Origin: Tubiluchus corallicola
Lineage: Eukaryota > Animalia > Priapulida
Direction of reading: 5' to 3'
DNA: 64,000 nucleotides
Assembly: GCA_030141605.1 (NCBI GenBank)
Contig: JAQGDQ010000281.1
Coordinates: 1 to 64,000 of the forward strand
This document shows positions 29,201 to 42,223 of this stretch, piece after piece (positions within the stretch are counted from its first letter, which is position 1; each line of letters starts with the position of its first letter). Position numbers and translations under genes: made by a program. The notes beneath the pieces are model-generated. The model saw only the letters and a list, made by a program, of their open reading frames with translations, had not been told where the DNA came from and did no database searches.

Positions 29201-32200
29201 ATTAGCATAGAACCCCGATGAAGTTGTTAAAGAACTACATCGTAAAATTGGTTACACTCTTGTGAGTTTTTTCTACTAGATTTTTATCAAACAAACTGCA
29301 TTATCTTTCTAGGAGACAAAAGTTTATGAACGGTTCTTAATCTGTTGACTGTTAAATTATACACAAGTCAGACAAAAAGAGGGCTTGTATTGTGAAATTG
29401 GAATCAAATGAAAGCTTGTATTGTAATGACTTTTATCAACAGTTAATAAAATAATTTTATAGTTTCCTTTCTCATTAAATGTCTAACGTCACACATGAGG
29501 CAGATGAAAGACATGTAGTTTCTTCTTTATAATAGTTATCACACTGTAATTTAGTGAAATTATGCATCAATATTTACATCGTTGCATTAATATATTTGCG
29601 GCTCCAGCTGTCAAAAGAGCATTAAAAACTACCTGCAATTCAGGTGAATATAAATAAATTAAAAAATAATCAATTTTTTAAACCTGTCATTGGAACGGCA
29701 AGCTTCAAGGTTGTCTGGGCATATGTTCCAGAGTCGTGTTAGCTCTGCATTGCCCAAATTCAACCGCTTTTCTCTCACTTTCCATTCTTCTGCTATACTT
29801 CTTTTACGGAGCCTGCAAAATGTATTTAAAAATAATAGTTACAACTAGACAAAATAAAGAACAGTCTTTAGCATAAAGCAAGATGGTGGCAAAAAAACAC
29901 AAAAAGCAATTAAAAGAATTGCAAAAAACTTCAATTAGCTTGTTATGCTAAGCTGACCTCTATATCATTCAATTTACATCTGATAAATTGAAAAAAGAAT
30001 ACTCAGTGAAACATCAATTAGTCATTTGCGTGTAAGCCTATTGCTATTCATTTAAGTAGCATAACTGATAAAATTTAGGCATGTTTTTCAATTACCTAAA
30101 TACCAAATAGCTGACTGTCTTATTTTTTTATACTTGGTATGAAGACATTGAACTAGCACATACTCCTATTCATTTCATACATTTGTTATTGCACTGTACA
30201 AGAATTTTTGACACCACGTGCATGATTAAGTGCACTGAAGGTCTAAGTGGTTAGGTAACTTGAGTAATGAACGAAAAGTGAAATCATACCGTGGCCGAGC
30301 TGGCTTATCTGGAGGTTTTGTGTCAGGTACAAAATTAGGGCAACCCTCATTCTTCCATTGATTCCAATTTTCTTCTCTCTCAAGTACATGCTGTTGAAAT
30401 ATGCAAAGTAAGCTCAGACACAATGCAACTGCATTAAAGGCATTTAAAACTTCTATAAATAAACTGCCTGACACATACATTGAAAAGTTTAAAACTGACA
30501 ATTTGCATAACATAAGCAAATACAAACAGAATTACTGCATTAACGATTGCTACAAAAAATGTGCAATTCAAAGTGTGCTAGACTACATTAAAAGCAAATC
30601 TGTTTGTTAAAGAAAAATTACACAATTTAAAAAAAATAGAAAATTTCCCAAAACATTTCTTGAAGATTCTAAAACTAAATACGCACCTTCACCATATTGG
30701 CAAAATTCTCCCCACCAGGAGGAATCTCTTTCAACAGCTAAAACATGTTAAAATGGTAATAAATGTTACATTCCAGTTGGCATTTTTTTGCAAAAATAGC
30801 TAAAAATAAATGTTTTGACATGTGAATTTAATTACTGCATGCGAGCTTTAGTAAAAGCAATGTTTCAACATCTGGAAAAAGTAAAACAGTGAGTATACTT
30901 GATGAAAATATAATTTTTTACCCATCTTTTAGAAAATTATTCATTTAAAAACTAATGTTCAATTGGTAAGTTCCACTGAGTAAAATATAAAAGAGAACTA
31001 TACGTACAGCATAAACTCTATCTGTTGTATCCTTCACCCACCCACGCTGTTCTTCACTAAGTTCATGACTTGCACTGAAAAAAATTCCACTTAGAACGTC
31101 TTATGTCATATACTGTAAATATGCCATATTCTTAGACATTTAGACGAAAGATGTTGCAACCAGTTTGGTGATAACTGCAAAAGGCACTAGCTAAGGAGCA
31201 GTTATGTTCTTTGTAGTCATTCCTTAATTTTGCAATATCAAATTAGCTTGATTTTTAAAACATAAGTAAAAAGCTTCTGATATACAGAATTATTTAATCT
31301 TTAATAAGAAATTTGAACTGATCGCTTATAAATTGCATTGTGAACACATTTCATCTGTTTGAGAGATGACCGAAAATGTTACCATTTTACTGTTTACTAA
31401 CTCTGTCTTTAAAATTCAACTGATTTTAAACTTACTAATCAATTGCAATATTTAGTTTACCTTTTAAATTTAACAGATGCTACCAAGAATTGAAACAGCA
31501 CAAGCATCTGGAAAAGCACTGCTCGACGAAAGCTGGCATCACTTAGCTCAAGGTCTAATAACTAGAAAACCAAATAAAGTAGTAATGACTATAGTATTTA
31601 TTGATTTTTTTACTATTGTTTGTCCAGTAAAAACTGCTAAAACTGCTAGAAACTATTTAATGCATCATACTTAACTGGAAGAAGACTAGCCTTGTAAAAG
31701 TTAATGATGTACCATAGTTAAGAGCAGCTACTTAGTCTGCAAACAAAATTTGAAAGTGCTATCTGTATGTCGTGTTTGTAAAGTAAGGCCAAACTTAACA
31801 GCTTAAAAGCATTTGGCTACTTGAATGATTCACTCGACATCATTTTGTAAAACTTTTACATATAAGTAAATTTGGTGTATAATTTTTAGAAAAAAAGATT
31901 CTGAACACAGCTTGCAAATCACAGGACAGTGTACTTGTTACCATGAAAAATTCTTTAACAGCTTGGAGTAATTTGCTTAAATTCCCTTTTAACAAAATGT
32001 CATCAGGACATACTGACGATATGTGAAAACATATGATATGTGACACATGATTCTTTATATGATACAATTTAAAAGCAGGAACTCTTTCTGATGACATCCG
32101 TGTTGATATATGAGCTCGCCAAATTTTCCCATCTTAGTTAGTTATATTAATAGAGCACAGTATCAGACAGTCACAGGGAACAATTCAGATCAAGCCTGGC

Positions 32201-35200
32201 TAAATAGATGATAATTACTTGTATTACTTAGAAACATCCCTAGAATCTTGTTCAGGGATTACAAGAGGGTGAAGATGAAAATGTCAAACTACTAGATAAT
32301 CTTGCAGAACAGTGATGAACACGTTTTGAAATGCTATAGCACTGCTATTCAAACCAAAAACCAGATACATCACATGTCATTTTTGAAGAAGACCGGCAAA
32401 AATAATTTTTTGTTATATGGCCAGTTTTCTTGATTATTTTTGACTACATACCTTGGAAAAATAGCAAATGGATGGTGAAATTGATCTTTTTTCTAGAGCC
32501 AATACATACATTCAAGATAGCCTCCAAGATGAAGCACTTTCTTAATTATTTTTAGTTATATTACTTACAACGGAATGAAGAAGAATAAAACAATAAGGAA
32601 AATTGTTTCTTTGATTAAAAACAGTGGCCAAAAATCACCAATGGTCAGTTGGCACATAACCAGATTCAGAAAAGACACTTGACAATTATCAAACAATGCC
32701 ACCTCGAAAAATCACCCCAGAGCGGAAGTTACTACTCTGTAGTTCACAGCAGATAAAGAAAAACATTCATCATGCATACCTTTTGATTTGTAAGATACTT
32801 AGGAAAATACATGTCTTCTTCTCTTTCTTTGCTAGACCTTTTTACTTCATCTAGCTTATAGCTACTGAAGCATCTGAGAACTTCTTCTATATTCTATTAA
32901 AAAATTAAACACATAAGTTGTAAAAATGCAAACAAATGCACCACACAGATAACAATGCAACGACAGTGCCAGAGCACAACTGTAATTATCAGCAAACTTT
33001 TATGAGAAATAAATTATGCACATATCATGAAATATAGTGAATGCCCCTTAATTCAGAACCTTAATATTCATAACTTGTTAATATTCGTAACTGTCTTAGA
33101 AATATCAGCCTTCATATTAGCTGTGCTAGAATATATTAAACCACTCTACAAACATGCTAGAACTCAAATATACCAATCAATCAGTCTTACATGCTGCATT
33201 TGCTTCCAATGGACTCTGTTATAAACCTTCATTGGATCACGAAAAAAGTCTTGTAGTGTCCAGAACTTTCTGTACAAATTGTAATCAATCGGAACACTGC
33301 AAAGCAGAAATAATCATAGAAACACCATTCAAAACCATCTCAGGCAATGTGCTGAAATTTTTCAAACTTGAGGCATTATATTGACAGAAACGTTGACTTA
33401 TAAATACGTGCAAAAAATCACAGTTACTGATAATGACAATAAAATTGAAAACTATTCAAGGCAACACCATCTACTGCTTAGCCTGCTGCCTGCTTTTTTA
33501 TTATTACTCACTTTACCCATTCTTACAATGCAGGGAGAATTACTTAAAAGTTAGTGAATGAAAAAAAAATGATTAAACAGGAAAGTTTATAATTTTATTT
33601 TCTCACTTAAACTGTTCGTCCATTTCCCCTTCTTCCATTTCAATAGATGTAGACATCGCAGCTTCATCCTAACACATCAAGGGAAAAAACAACAATTTTT
33701 TAGTGTAAAATTGTGTAATCATGACTTTGTAAGAGTCAACAAAAAAGTTAGAACAGGTTAGTGAAGCATCATGTTTTAAGATTTACCTTAACTATAGTTC
33801 TTAAATACTTGAGCTCAGGATAATACTTTTTATTAAAATAAAGTAGGATATTAGATGAAACTTTACTGCACAAAAGTGCAAATATTACTACTTTCATCAC
33901 CAAACAAAACAAATCTGTCTGTAAAATGAAAACAGTTAAGTCAGCAATCAATTGTGGTTTTATTAAATGTGGTCAAAATAAGGTGAAATTACAAGGTCTG
34001 TTGAAAAATCCGAGAAAGTGTACCTTGATTGCAAGCTCTTCATCCCGAACATGACTGTATTCCGTAACGTTTTCTACGTTAAACTGACCTTGCAAATTTA
34101 CTCCTAAAAACAGGAGTTTCAAAGATATAAACTATTAAGCAGACATCTGTTGGTATACTTTTTAGAGCATTTAGTTTTTTAACTTGAGTGTTGCCGCTGG
34201 CATTTGTCATAATATCTCTTGCGCATAATGAAGAATACACAAGATATGAGTTACACGAAAGAGAACTAAGTATGCAGCAATGTAAAATATGTAATGACCT
34301 TTAAGGTACCAATTTAATTTGTAAAAAAACAATACAAAAATTGTAAGGCTTAAAAAATACACATTTTTATTTAAACTAGACAGGCCCCAAGACGATACCA
34401 AGGCTAATCACTACAAAATCCACTTAGAAATATGTGGCACCTACTCAAAATTGTTATTCATAGTTTTACCATTTGCAATTACGAAAACACTTAATTTCCT
34501 ATTAGTTCTTATTCATTTGTCACATTTATATAAGCCTTATATAATCATAGTAGAATCACTGTTATTGCTCGTTTTTACCTCCACCTCTGCCTAATGGCCA
34601 TTCGCCAATAAGGGCTACATATAAGAAAATGCATTGGTGAGTGTTGTTCTCAGTATTTGAATGATTGAAGCTGTTGTACAAACATGAATTAAAAACACCC
34701 TGAAAAGCATCATTTTAAGCAAGAATCAGACAACTGACAGTGCTTACTCCGAACTGCCTTTCTGGCTGGAAATATCTAATTACCTGATTTCTCCGGTGGA
34801 GGAAAGAGCCTCACTAAAAAAAGCTGAATCTGTCCTGAGAAAACAGTATGCTGTGACTTTGACAACCGCTTTAATATATCTGAAACAAAGTCATGCATAA
34901 TAGTTAAAGAAGAATAATTCTACAATAAATTTCCTCATATAACCTCAAGAAACAGATCTCATGCAGAATGGAAAGTCTAACAAGCTTTTACTAACATTTC
35001 TGTTTTGCTGGTGTAATCCAATGGTGCATGTGATTTGAGAGTACCTTACAATCAAAATGCTGTGACAGTAGAAAGCAAGAATTAATACACATAAACCACA
35101 CATACACTTTTACAGAGAAAATCAAAACATTTTACTCATATGACTATGCAACATGGTGCACTGCACAGATCACTATTAATAAGCTCCAGTGAATTATATA

Positions 35201-38200
35201 TTACCTTATAGGTTTGTGATGTGTGTCATGATAATGACATGATATATTGACATGCCTTGGACAGTTCTGCAGGTGGGTTTAAAGTGGAAACAACAGGGCT
35301 CTTCTCTTAACGTGGTATCACATACACTTAAGATTGTCATTAAGCAGTACAATTTTTCAAGTTGGTTTTTCTGAAACTTTCGCTAAAAATGCAACTTCTT
35401 GTCATGTAACATTAACGTGAATGCAAGAAAATGTCTTACCATTGCACATTCGCAGCAGGTAGTTACGCCCAGTTGTGTAAAATGGTTCCTAGAAGATAAG
35501 AATTTGAACACAAATAGTATTAATATCAATTCAGTTCAAATTAATGATTATAATTTGCAAAAGCTACATAAAGCCACTGTGCCGTTAAAAAAAATCTAAA
35601 AATTCAAGATGAATATACCTGCAGGTCTTGCATTTTGGATTTAAAAAATTATACAATTTCAGTAGTGGTGTTTGATATTACACAATAATATAAGGCAGTA
35701 AGATTTTTACAACAATTCGTACAGAAATCCATGTTTCCACGTCATCTAAGAGATACTGAAATACGTCTCTGCAGATATCTATAGTCTGTGTATCAATGAT
35801 ATCAACCAACATCAGCACAGGAGTTGTGGTGAGACATAATTCTGAAAGAGAATAACAGAATTATCAATACGAAAAAAACATAATTTAAATCAAATTTATG
35901 GGATAAACAAGGAAATCATTGTACAAAAGCCTATGTACAAAAATACTAACTACTAATGTCTAAACTCAACAAGCAATTGTTTTATAGTAAATTGCCATAC
36001 TTTACAAAATTAACAAAATACAGCAAGTAACATGCTATGTCATTAAAATCAAGAACATGTACAATATATCAATAATTCACCAAAGAAGTGCATCATCAAT
36101 GTAATTCATCTAAGGCTCAAGCGTTGCTTGCATTTTTTAATATATTCACGACGATGATAGAGTACATACCGTACCATAGGATAAATACCTATTTATGTAT
36201 TAAGAGCTATAGTTAAAAGCAGAAATTTTTGCAATTTGTACCTTTGTTAACAGCTTTCATGGAAAGTTTCACAAGAGCTAAGAATTCAGAAGATGAACTG
36301 TGGCTGATAATCAACTGGCTTAGGTGATCTTTAAATGCCTGATCCAGGGACAATTTCTTGTCACCATCCCTTTAATTATATGCAAAAACAGCAGTCAGTT
36401 AAAACTAGGTAAGAGAAATACATAGCTCCCAGAACGTCATTCAACCAGGGGGGAGGGGGGGGTCCACCTCACAATGACCAACGACGCGCTTTTATTTAGC
36501 ACTTATTGTTCTTCGATTATTGGTGCTTGGTATTGTTGGGGCTTTACTTACATGCCCAGCCACATTTGCACTTAAAGCCTATAAGAAATATAGAACTAAA
36601 GTGTGTGCTCATGATTATTTTGTTTTATTCTTGTCATAAAAGACCTTGTGCAGATAAAATTCGTTAATAGTAGTGAAGTATGGCAAAGCGTTGTGCTTGG
36701 GACACATGTTATGTGGATGTTTGCTATCCAGAAAGATTAGAAGGAAGAGTTTTCCCAACCCAAAAAAGGACTTAGATAGGTGGCACCGTTGGGTCAGAGC
36801 ATGAGGAAGGCCACATGAACAGCTCAACCCATTAAAAATTAATAAAAATCGTGCAGTCTGCTCAAAGAGAAGTTTTCTAATATTTTATTATTACACTGTA
36901 CTATTATTTATTACTGCTGGCTACTTGTATTTTGTGTCCTGCTACATCAGGACTTAACACACCGCAAAAAGATATTCCAGATACTGTGCAGCAAAAAATA
37001 GGATTTCGTTGGTTTAGTACGACTGTCTGAACATATAGTAGTTATAGTTTAGTATAGTTAAATAGTTCAACTGGGCTAACTTACTTGATTTTTATTTAAT
37101 TTATTCAGTTTTCGTGTTTATGTTATAATTCGGTACAAGATACTAAAATAATTTGTTTTTGGTGTAAGTAACTGTTATAAAAATTTTGCTTTACAACACA
37201 ACATGTAAAGCAAAGTTAAGACACTGTTTCATATTTGTCATTTTAGCACTTTGTTGTAATTTTTCTTATAACTAGCACTTTTATTGAAACTTCGCAATGA
37301 ATCTTGATTATAGTGCACATATCCTTGGGTAAAATAATTAAGTCCTCTTTGTAAGGATTTACTAGACAAGTTCTTATAGTTTGGTTTGTAGCACGATACA
37401 TTTTTCGGAATCGTTGATAAATCACTTAAAATTTACCCATTCACCATGTTTTACATACTTATTTATATATTGTAGCGACTTGCAGCGAGTGAGGGTTTGT
37501 GTTACGTGATCCAGGTTGGCGGGGCTAAACTTTTAAATGTTTCATTGATACAATTCCAAATAATGTTAAAAGCTCTGATCCAAAAAGGAACTATCAAAAT
37601 TGCACTACAAGTGCCAAAAATAAAAATTATTTGCTTAACAGCAAAGTTCCATCCAAATTCAGATTGCCAATTCTTAAAATGATTTTTCAGTAACCTTTAA
37701 TGATAAAATAATTTTTCTAATTAAAGTGCTGATTAAAACTGTATAAATTATTAGGAATTATGTAATAAATCATAATATTATTGTTTGGTTTATGATGTAT
37801 TTTTTCTTATTCATTTATACTGCATGGTGTATGTTACAAATTGCCAGGCATAATTCTTGTAATCAACAAAAACTATAAATACCAAACACGAAGCCTAATC
37901 ATATTTGTTGATAAACATGACAACCAACAAAAAATGGAAAGTGATTATGACAGTAAAACTCAGTCAGTAAAACTCATCAATCATAATTAATTAATAATCA
38001 TTCTAGTGTGAGTAAACTTATATTTGGAAATGCCAAGTGCTTGGAGCTGTGAGGTATAATGTTAAAGGCTGTGGGCTATAAGCTAGAAACCCCTTGTTCA
38101 AATCAGGCTTAGTTCCGATTTTTGTCACATTTCTTCCTTTACCACAAGTTTAGTTTCAAAATTCAACAAGTGTAGGTTAGTTACAATTAATTACATAACT

Positions 38201-39736
38201 TAGTTTTCTCAGTTTTCAGTCGAATGATACACTTTCCAAAATCTTATCAAAATAATTATGGACAAAAAAATTATAGGGTCATGAGAGTCGTACTGCAAAA
38301 CTACTTTGTACGAGAACACAAACTGTAACTTCTTCCAAAATTTGGATTAACGACAATCTAAACTACCAGTGACAAATATTGGGGGATTATAAAAGAGTCT
38401 AAAGTAGCAGTGTTGGGCAGTAGTGCCACAACTAAAATAAGCAGAGTTGGGATAGCAAAACTACTTCAAAAATGAATAGAGGTAAATTGTAATTTCATTA
38501 TTTTTTAAGTAGCACTGTAACGGCATTACAACACTACATTCATTTCTTGCAGCTTGCAGTTGACTCTTGATGGTTAATGTCTGCATAGCGAATTGTGTAT
38601 TCACAGTAGCTGCAGACTTCTACAGGGTTATCAAGCTATGTATTTATAGTTTGTAATAATCTAGGGCCCAGTGAAGCAATATTTCTCTTGTAAAACATAT
38701 TCCACCTAAAAGTGAATAGATGTTGCTTCTTGACCACAACTTTAAAAATGAATTTTTTTTAAAGCGAACAAACCTGCTTGAACTTTGAACAGTAGTTCAT
38801 TGCATGACATAAAATAGTAACGAATATGAATAATATTGCATTGAATATACAACTATCACACTGACAATGTACAAATGACCTTAAGTGTCTGTTTATGATC
38901 ATAAATAACTGCATAGTTAGAACCTTGATACAATTAGGTGCACTTTGTGTTTGCACTTGGGTTTCTTTAGCTGCCATTTAATAATTTAAGTATCGCTATT
39001 AACTGGCTCTTTTAACGTGCCACCTACGATGCTCAGAAGTCACCGTAGAACAGGAAAGTATTGGCATTCCTTTCATACAGTAATACTTTTTTAAAAAGGT
39101 ATTAGTAGTGGTAGTCCACTACTTTCCAGGAGAGTAGTTGTGTTTTGTAGTGATACTACATTTTAAAAGCAATTGACCCGACACCGATAAATAGTTAAAA
39201 CTAGTAATCATATTGGTACATAGCTCTTACCCGCCTTCTACTTGCATAAAGCTCTGCTCAATATTATCCAATGTTTTTTTCTTTAAGCATTCTTTTATTT
39301 GTTCCTGAAATACACATTTAAATGTTCAAAAATGTTTTTAGTGACATTAAAGTTTTCAGAGTCTTTAGAATCTATTATTAAATTAGGCATACATTGACCA
39401 TGTATGTAATTACTGTGATTATCCGTAATTTTTGTTCTAGTTTAATATTGACTAGTTTAGCTGTACGTACACTTGAGTGGTGTTCAATGAGTTTTCAGTT
39501 TGAATAAGAGTCATTATTTTAATCCTCTTATGAAGTGGTTTTTTAATAATGCTCAGGATAGCAGTAACAGTAACTATTTACAACTCATTATTACTAGCCT
39601 CAATAATTTTGCTGTAACAAAATTTATTACATCATACCACAAACAACTTCCGCGTATGTTCAAAGTCAAAAGCAGTATTACTGGCTGCATTTTCATTTAA
39701 ATGCACCATATTCACAGCTTGAAGCTCCACTTCCAT
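23082..39736 (-). CDS. THOC1: THO complex subunit 1 (Hpr1/p84N5), 672 aa, 20 coding exons
   Basis: Motifs NYLLRMCNDILKRLSKSQHTVFSGQIQLFL, IDYNLYRKFWTLQDFFRDP, YFPKYLT, EENWNQWKNEGCPNF, LGNAELTRLWN, YGWRALRLLARSSPHFF, and a C-terminal death domain; all exon phases close to 2019 nt. Confidence 0.95.
23476..23570 (-). CDS. THOC1: THOC1 exon 19 (death domain start)
   Basis: ITPEDMSLLASKLGSSWKDLAKILK; TAGTAG tandem acceptor. Confidence 0.88.
24586..24706 (-). CDS. THOC1: THOC1 exon 18 (acidic linker)
   Basis: MNLDSSVKTETETAEEEEEDDEENEEFLK; phase 0-1. Confidence 0.88.
24817..27700. mobile_element. Non-autonomous DNA transposon with ~490-bp TIRs, Sola3-like (Kolobok is the alternative), in THOC1 intron 17
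   Basis: TTAA on both sides (24813-16, 27701-04); termini GAGTCATTCC...GGAATGACTC; inverted similarity runs 24817-~25310 against ~27216-27700; no transposase ORF. Confidence 0.9.
25438..26118. repeat. ~680-bp complex (CT/CTGT)n microsatellite inside the TIR element
   Basis: Direct reading; source of spurious S/L/C/V ORFs. Confidence 0.97.
28112..28259 (-). CDS. THOC1: THOC1 exon 17
   Basis: NYGWRALRLLARSSPHFF...KLSKDLP. Confidence 0.93.
29093..29176 (-). CDS. THOC1: THOC1 exon 16
   Basis: VFLPSMEDFFTDAIFQVENP. Confidence 0.9.
29684..29812 (-). CDS. THOC1: THOC1 exon 15
   Basis: LNLGNAELTRLWNICPDNLEAC. Confidence 0.93.
30290..30390 (-). CDS. THOC1: THOC1 exon 14
   Basis: HVLEREENWNQWKNEGCPNF. 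Confidence 0.93.
30687..30737 (-). CDS. THOC1: THOC1 exon 13
   Basis: LLKEIPPGGENFANMVK. Confidence 0.9.
31008..31074 (-). CDS. THOC1: THOC1 exon 12
   Basis: ASHELSEEQRGWVKDTTDRVYA. Confidence 0.9.
31461..31561 (-). CDS. THOC1: THOC1 exon 11
   Basis: LLDLELSDASFRRAVLFQMLVLFQFL..VKFK. Confidence 0.92.
32780..32893 (-). CDS. THOC1: THOC1 exon 10
   Basis: EEVLRCFSSYKLD...YFPKYLTNQK. Confidence 0.92.
33191..33296 (-). CDS. THOC1: THOC1 exon 9
   Basis: VPIDYNLYRKFWTLQDFFRDP. Confidence 0.93.
33607..33668 (-). CDS. THOC1: THOC1 exon 8
   Basis: DEAAMSTSIEMEEGEMDEQF. Confidence 0.85.
34024..34103 (-). CDS. THOC1: THOC1 exon 7
   Basis: GVNLQGQFNVENVTEY. Confidence 0.9.
34784..34879 (-). CDS. THOC1: THOC1 exon 6
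   Basis: ILKRLSKSQHTVFSGQIQLFLVRLFPPPEKS. Confidence 0.92.
35440..35488 (-). CDS. THOC1: THOC1 exon 5
   Basis: EPFYTTGRNYLLRMCN. Confidence 0.92.
35723..35841 (-). CDS. THOC1: THOC1 exon 4
   Basis: LCLTTTPVLMLVDIIDTQTIDICRDVFQYL..VETW. Confidence 0.9.
36242..36369 (-). CDS. THOC1: THOC1 exon 3
   Basis: DKKLSLDQAFKDHLSQLIISHSS; AAG acceptor. Confidence 0.85.
38043..38135 (+). mobile_element. Degenerate tRNA-like SINE head
   Basis: B-box-like GTTCAAATC (38096-38104); ggagct..tataatg..gttcaaat(t)caggct..ttcc..tcacattt layout shared with 51443-51540. Confidence 0.45.
38408..39186. mobile_element. Degraded hAT-type MITE
   Basis: Ends CAGTGTTGGG / CCCGACACCG, subterminal GTAGT/ACTAC repeats; candidate TSD only 5/8. 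Confidence 0.5.
39231..39304 (-). CDS. THOC1: THOC1 exon 2
   Basis: EQIKECLKKKTLDNIEQSFMQVEG; phase 0-2. Confidence 0.85.
39638..39736 (-). CDS. THOC1: THOC1 coding exon 1
   Basis: MEVELQAVNMV...AFDFEHTRKLFV|gtatga; start could be the second Met. Confidence 0.75.
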
Positions 39737-39949
39737 GCTAAAATGCTTCTAGTTATAAAACTCAGGTAAGATTAAGTCACAACTGAGCCAGAGACTTCTT
39801 CACTGAGCTCTAAAACAAAAAAGAAATATTAAGAGTGGAATGACCCTATCAGTTAAACAATTTGTCATTTTACTAAATCCCGTCACTTAGAATTGATGGC
39901 TGCTTGGCCTTGGTGCCTAATTTCTTTTTTTTAATGAAATTGTATTCAC

Positions 39950-41750
39950 CATTTCAGGTTCAGGTTTTACGCTTCTGTCCCTTTTGTCTCATGGTAGATT
40001 ACCAAAAAGGCTATCATTCAGCTATAGCAATCATTCTTGTTCTAGCTGAATACCATTGTTAAGCATTTTCTCTTTTTCAATATCTCATAAAGAAAGTTTT
40101 TAGCTCAATAAATATTGTCTCAAAATAGCAACCAGTTAATCTGTCCTTCTGCTGTTTCACTTTGCTAATTTGTCTTTTCTCTGTTTTGATCAACAAATGA
40201 GCAATATGGTAATACGTGTTTCAATGCCGTCATTATAATTACAAATTCTTTGATTTTTATGAAATTTGCATCTATCTAACAGATTTCCTCTCAGCTCCAG
40301 AGCACAAATTCTCGTTTTAACCAGTAACTTAGATATCCATGTATCATTGATCCAACTTCAATTCGGGATTGAGAATTATTACTGCTATACCTAATAGTCG
40401 TGGAAGACCTATCTAACCATTTTTTCCAAATCTATATACCAACAGCTTGTCACGGATTCCCGTGATTGAGTTCTACTCTGCTATTATACCTTTCATTTAC
40501 AGCATTGCATACTAGTTTATTCCGGTTTCTATAACCTTTGCAAATTTACCTAGAGTCATTCAATTAGGTTAACCTTGAATTATTTATAGGGGCTTCATTC
40601 CAAAGCTATAAATTCCATCGTCACCCTTGTACAGGTGACCATTTGACGCTTGCTTTTCCAACAAGCAAACGTCATATGATCCGCCTAATTCGTTAGGTTA
40701 ATTTTTTTCTTCCCTTTCTTCAATAGTTTTTTTTATGGTTATGTGCTGATGTGTATCTATAATTAGGTTTATTGCTGTGATAGGAAGTAACTATGTAATT
40801 GCGACAAATCTTGTGAGTTGAATAAATTATATTTGGGTGGCCACTCCTTTAATCCAATGGTTATGCGGTTTTTGTTAAGAGTCAAAATTAGTCTAAATTA
40901 TATGTTTCAGTAGCAGCAAACCATTCTAATTATCAACTCGTAGACTTAAGCGTTATGCACCTTTCTCTATAAAAATATACTAGACTATATACACTTCCAC
41001 GTATTTGTTTAATTAAGAACCAGACCGATGTCTCTCCCACAAACTTTCGAAAAAATTTTCACACAGCTTCACTAATTTCCTTTCTATAAAATTGTTCGAT
41101 CCATTCTTTGACAAATCCCGTCTGCTGATTTACTAAGATCTAGCCTAGTTAAAATCTCCAAGTGCTAGTATATTACAATAAATTTCCAAATTAAACTTGT
41201 CTACTGCAAAGGTTATTCCATTTGCCCAGCTTGAGTGAATTATGCAACATGCAACTAAGGTCACAACCTTTTTAATCTATTTCCATCCTATATGATCCTG
41301 TTTAAGAACTGAAGTCATATTTTAGCATCTCTTTCCATAAAAGAGTAAAAACCCGATTCATCTCTAAGAGTCAGTCCACAACAGCTTTTTTTCTTCCATA
41401 ACCAATGAGAAAAATTTCTTTCATACTTTCTGACTTTTTATAAAACACTCTCCCAGCACATCCTTGCATTATTTAGGGAACTAATATAGCTAGTCCTTCC
41501 AATATATATATATTATATATTAATACAATAATATATATATATATTAGGAAAAAATACTAACAACTTTGGATTTCTCCCTGTTTCACTCCAGATGTGAACT
41601 TTGTGTTATCAGTTTTTTATTCCTCTCATAAATATTCTCTGTCTAAATCAAAATACCATTCTCTCCAAATGTCAATGAATTTTTGTTCCAAGCCTATCCT
41701 TTAAGAACTTCAAACATTTTACCTTGATTAACTAACATTATCATTTACTG
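39950..41750 (-). mobile_element. Fossil non-LTR retrotransposon 3' end
   Basis: Frameshifted remnants such as SKLLVKTRICALEL...RICNYNDGIET, terminal AACCTG repeat (39953-39966), and similarity to the copy at ~55.5-56.5 kb. Confidence 0.5.
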
Positions 41751-41778
41751 TTTCTTAATCCAGTAATACCATCCGCAG

Positions 41779-42223
41779 TAGAGTTGACACGATTAAGGTT
41801 TTTAATTAACTGTTTAACCGCTATTAATTGTGGTTGGCTAACCGATCCCGATGACGTCATACATATGAGAAAATATCCAATACACACGACTTTCACGAGT
41901 AAGCGGTGCGGTTTAAATCTAGAATGTACCAGTGAGAATGCCCAACATGGAGGCATCCTGGTAACAAATGCAAGTGAAAAACTTTTTGCAATTTACCATT
42001 CAGATGCTTCTTAGGCAACCAGATTAATTGAAACAATGTTTAAATAGTACAATTTTATGTAAGCGGGACATTGCTAACAGCATACGCCAACACAGAAAAG
42101 ATACAAGGTTTCATTAAAACGGATATGTAGAAAACTTGGCTAAGTAACGGTTAAACGTTTAGTGATTTTCTAAACGGTTACACCAGTTAGCGGTCGGTTA
42201 AGCGGCTAACTGTCTCAGCCCTA
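41779..42223. mobile_element. hAT-type MITE, 445 bp
   Basis: TSD ATCCGCAG/ATCCACAG (7/8); TIRs TAGAGTTGACAC / rc TAGGGCTGAGAC; subterminal TAACCG/CGGTTA repeats. Confidence 0.8.
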
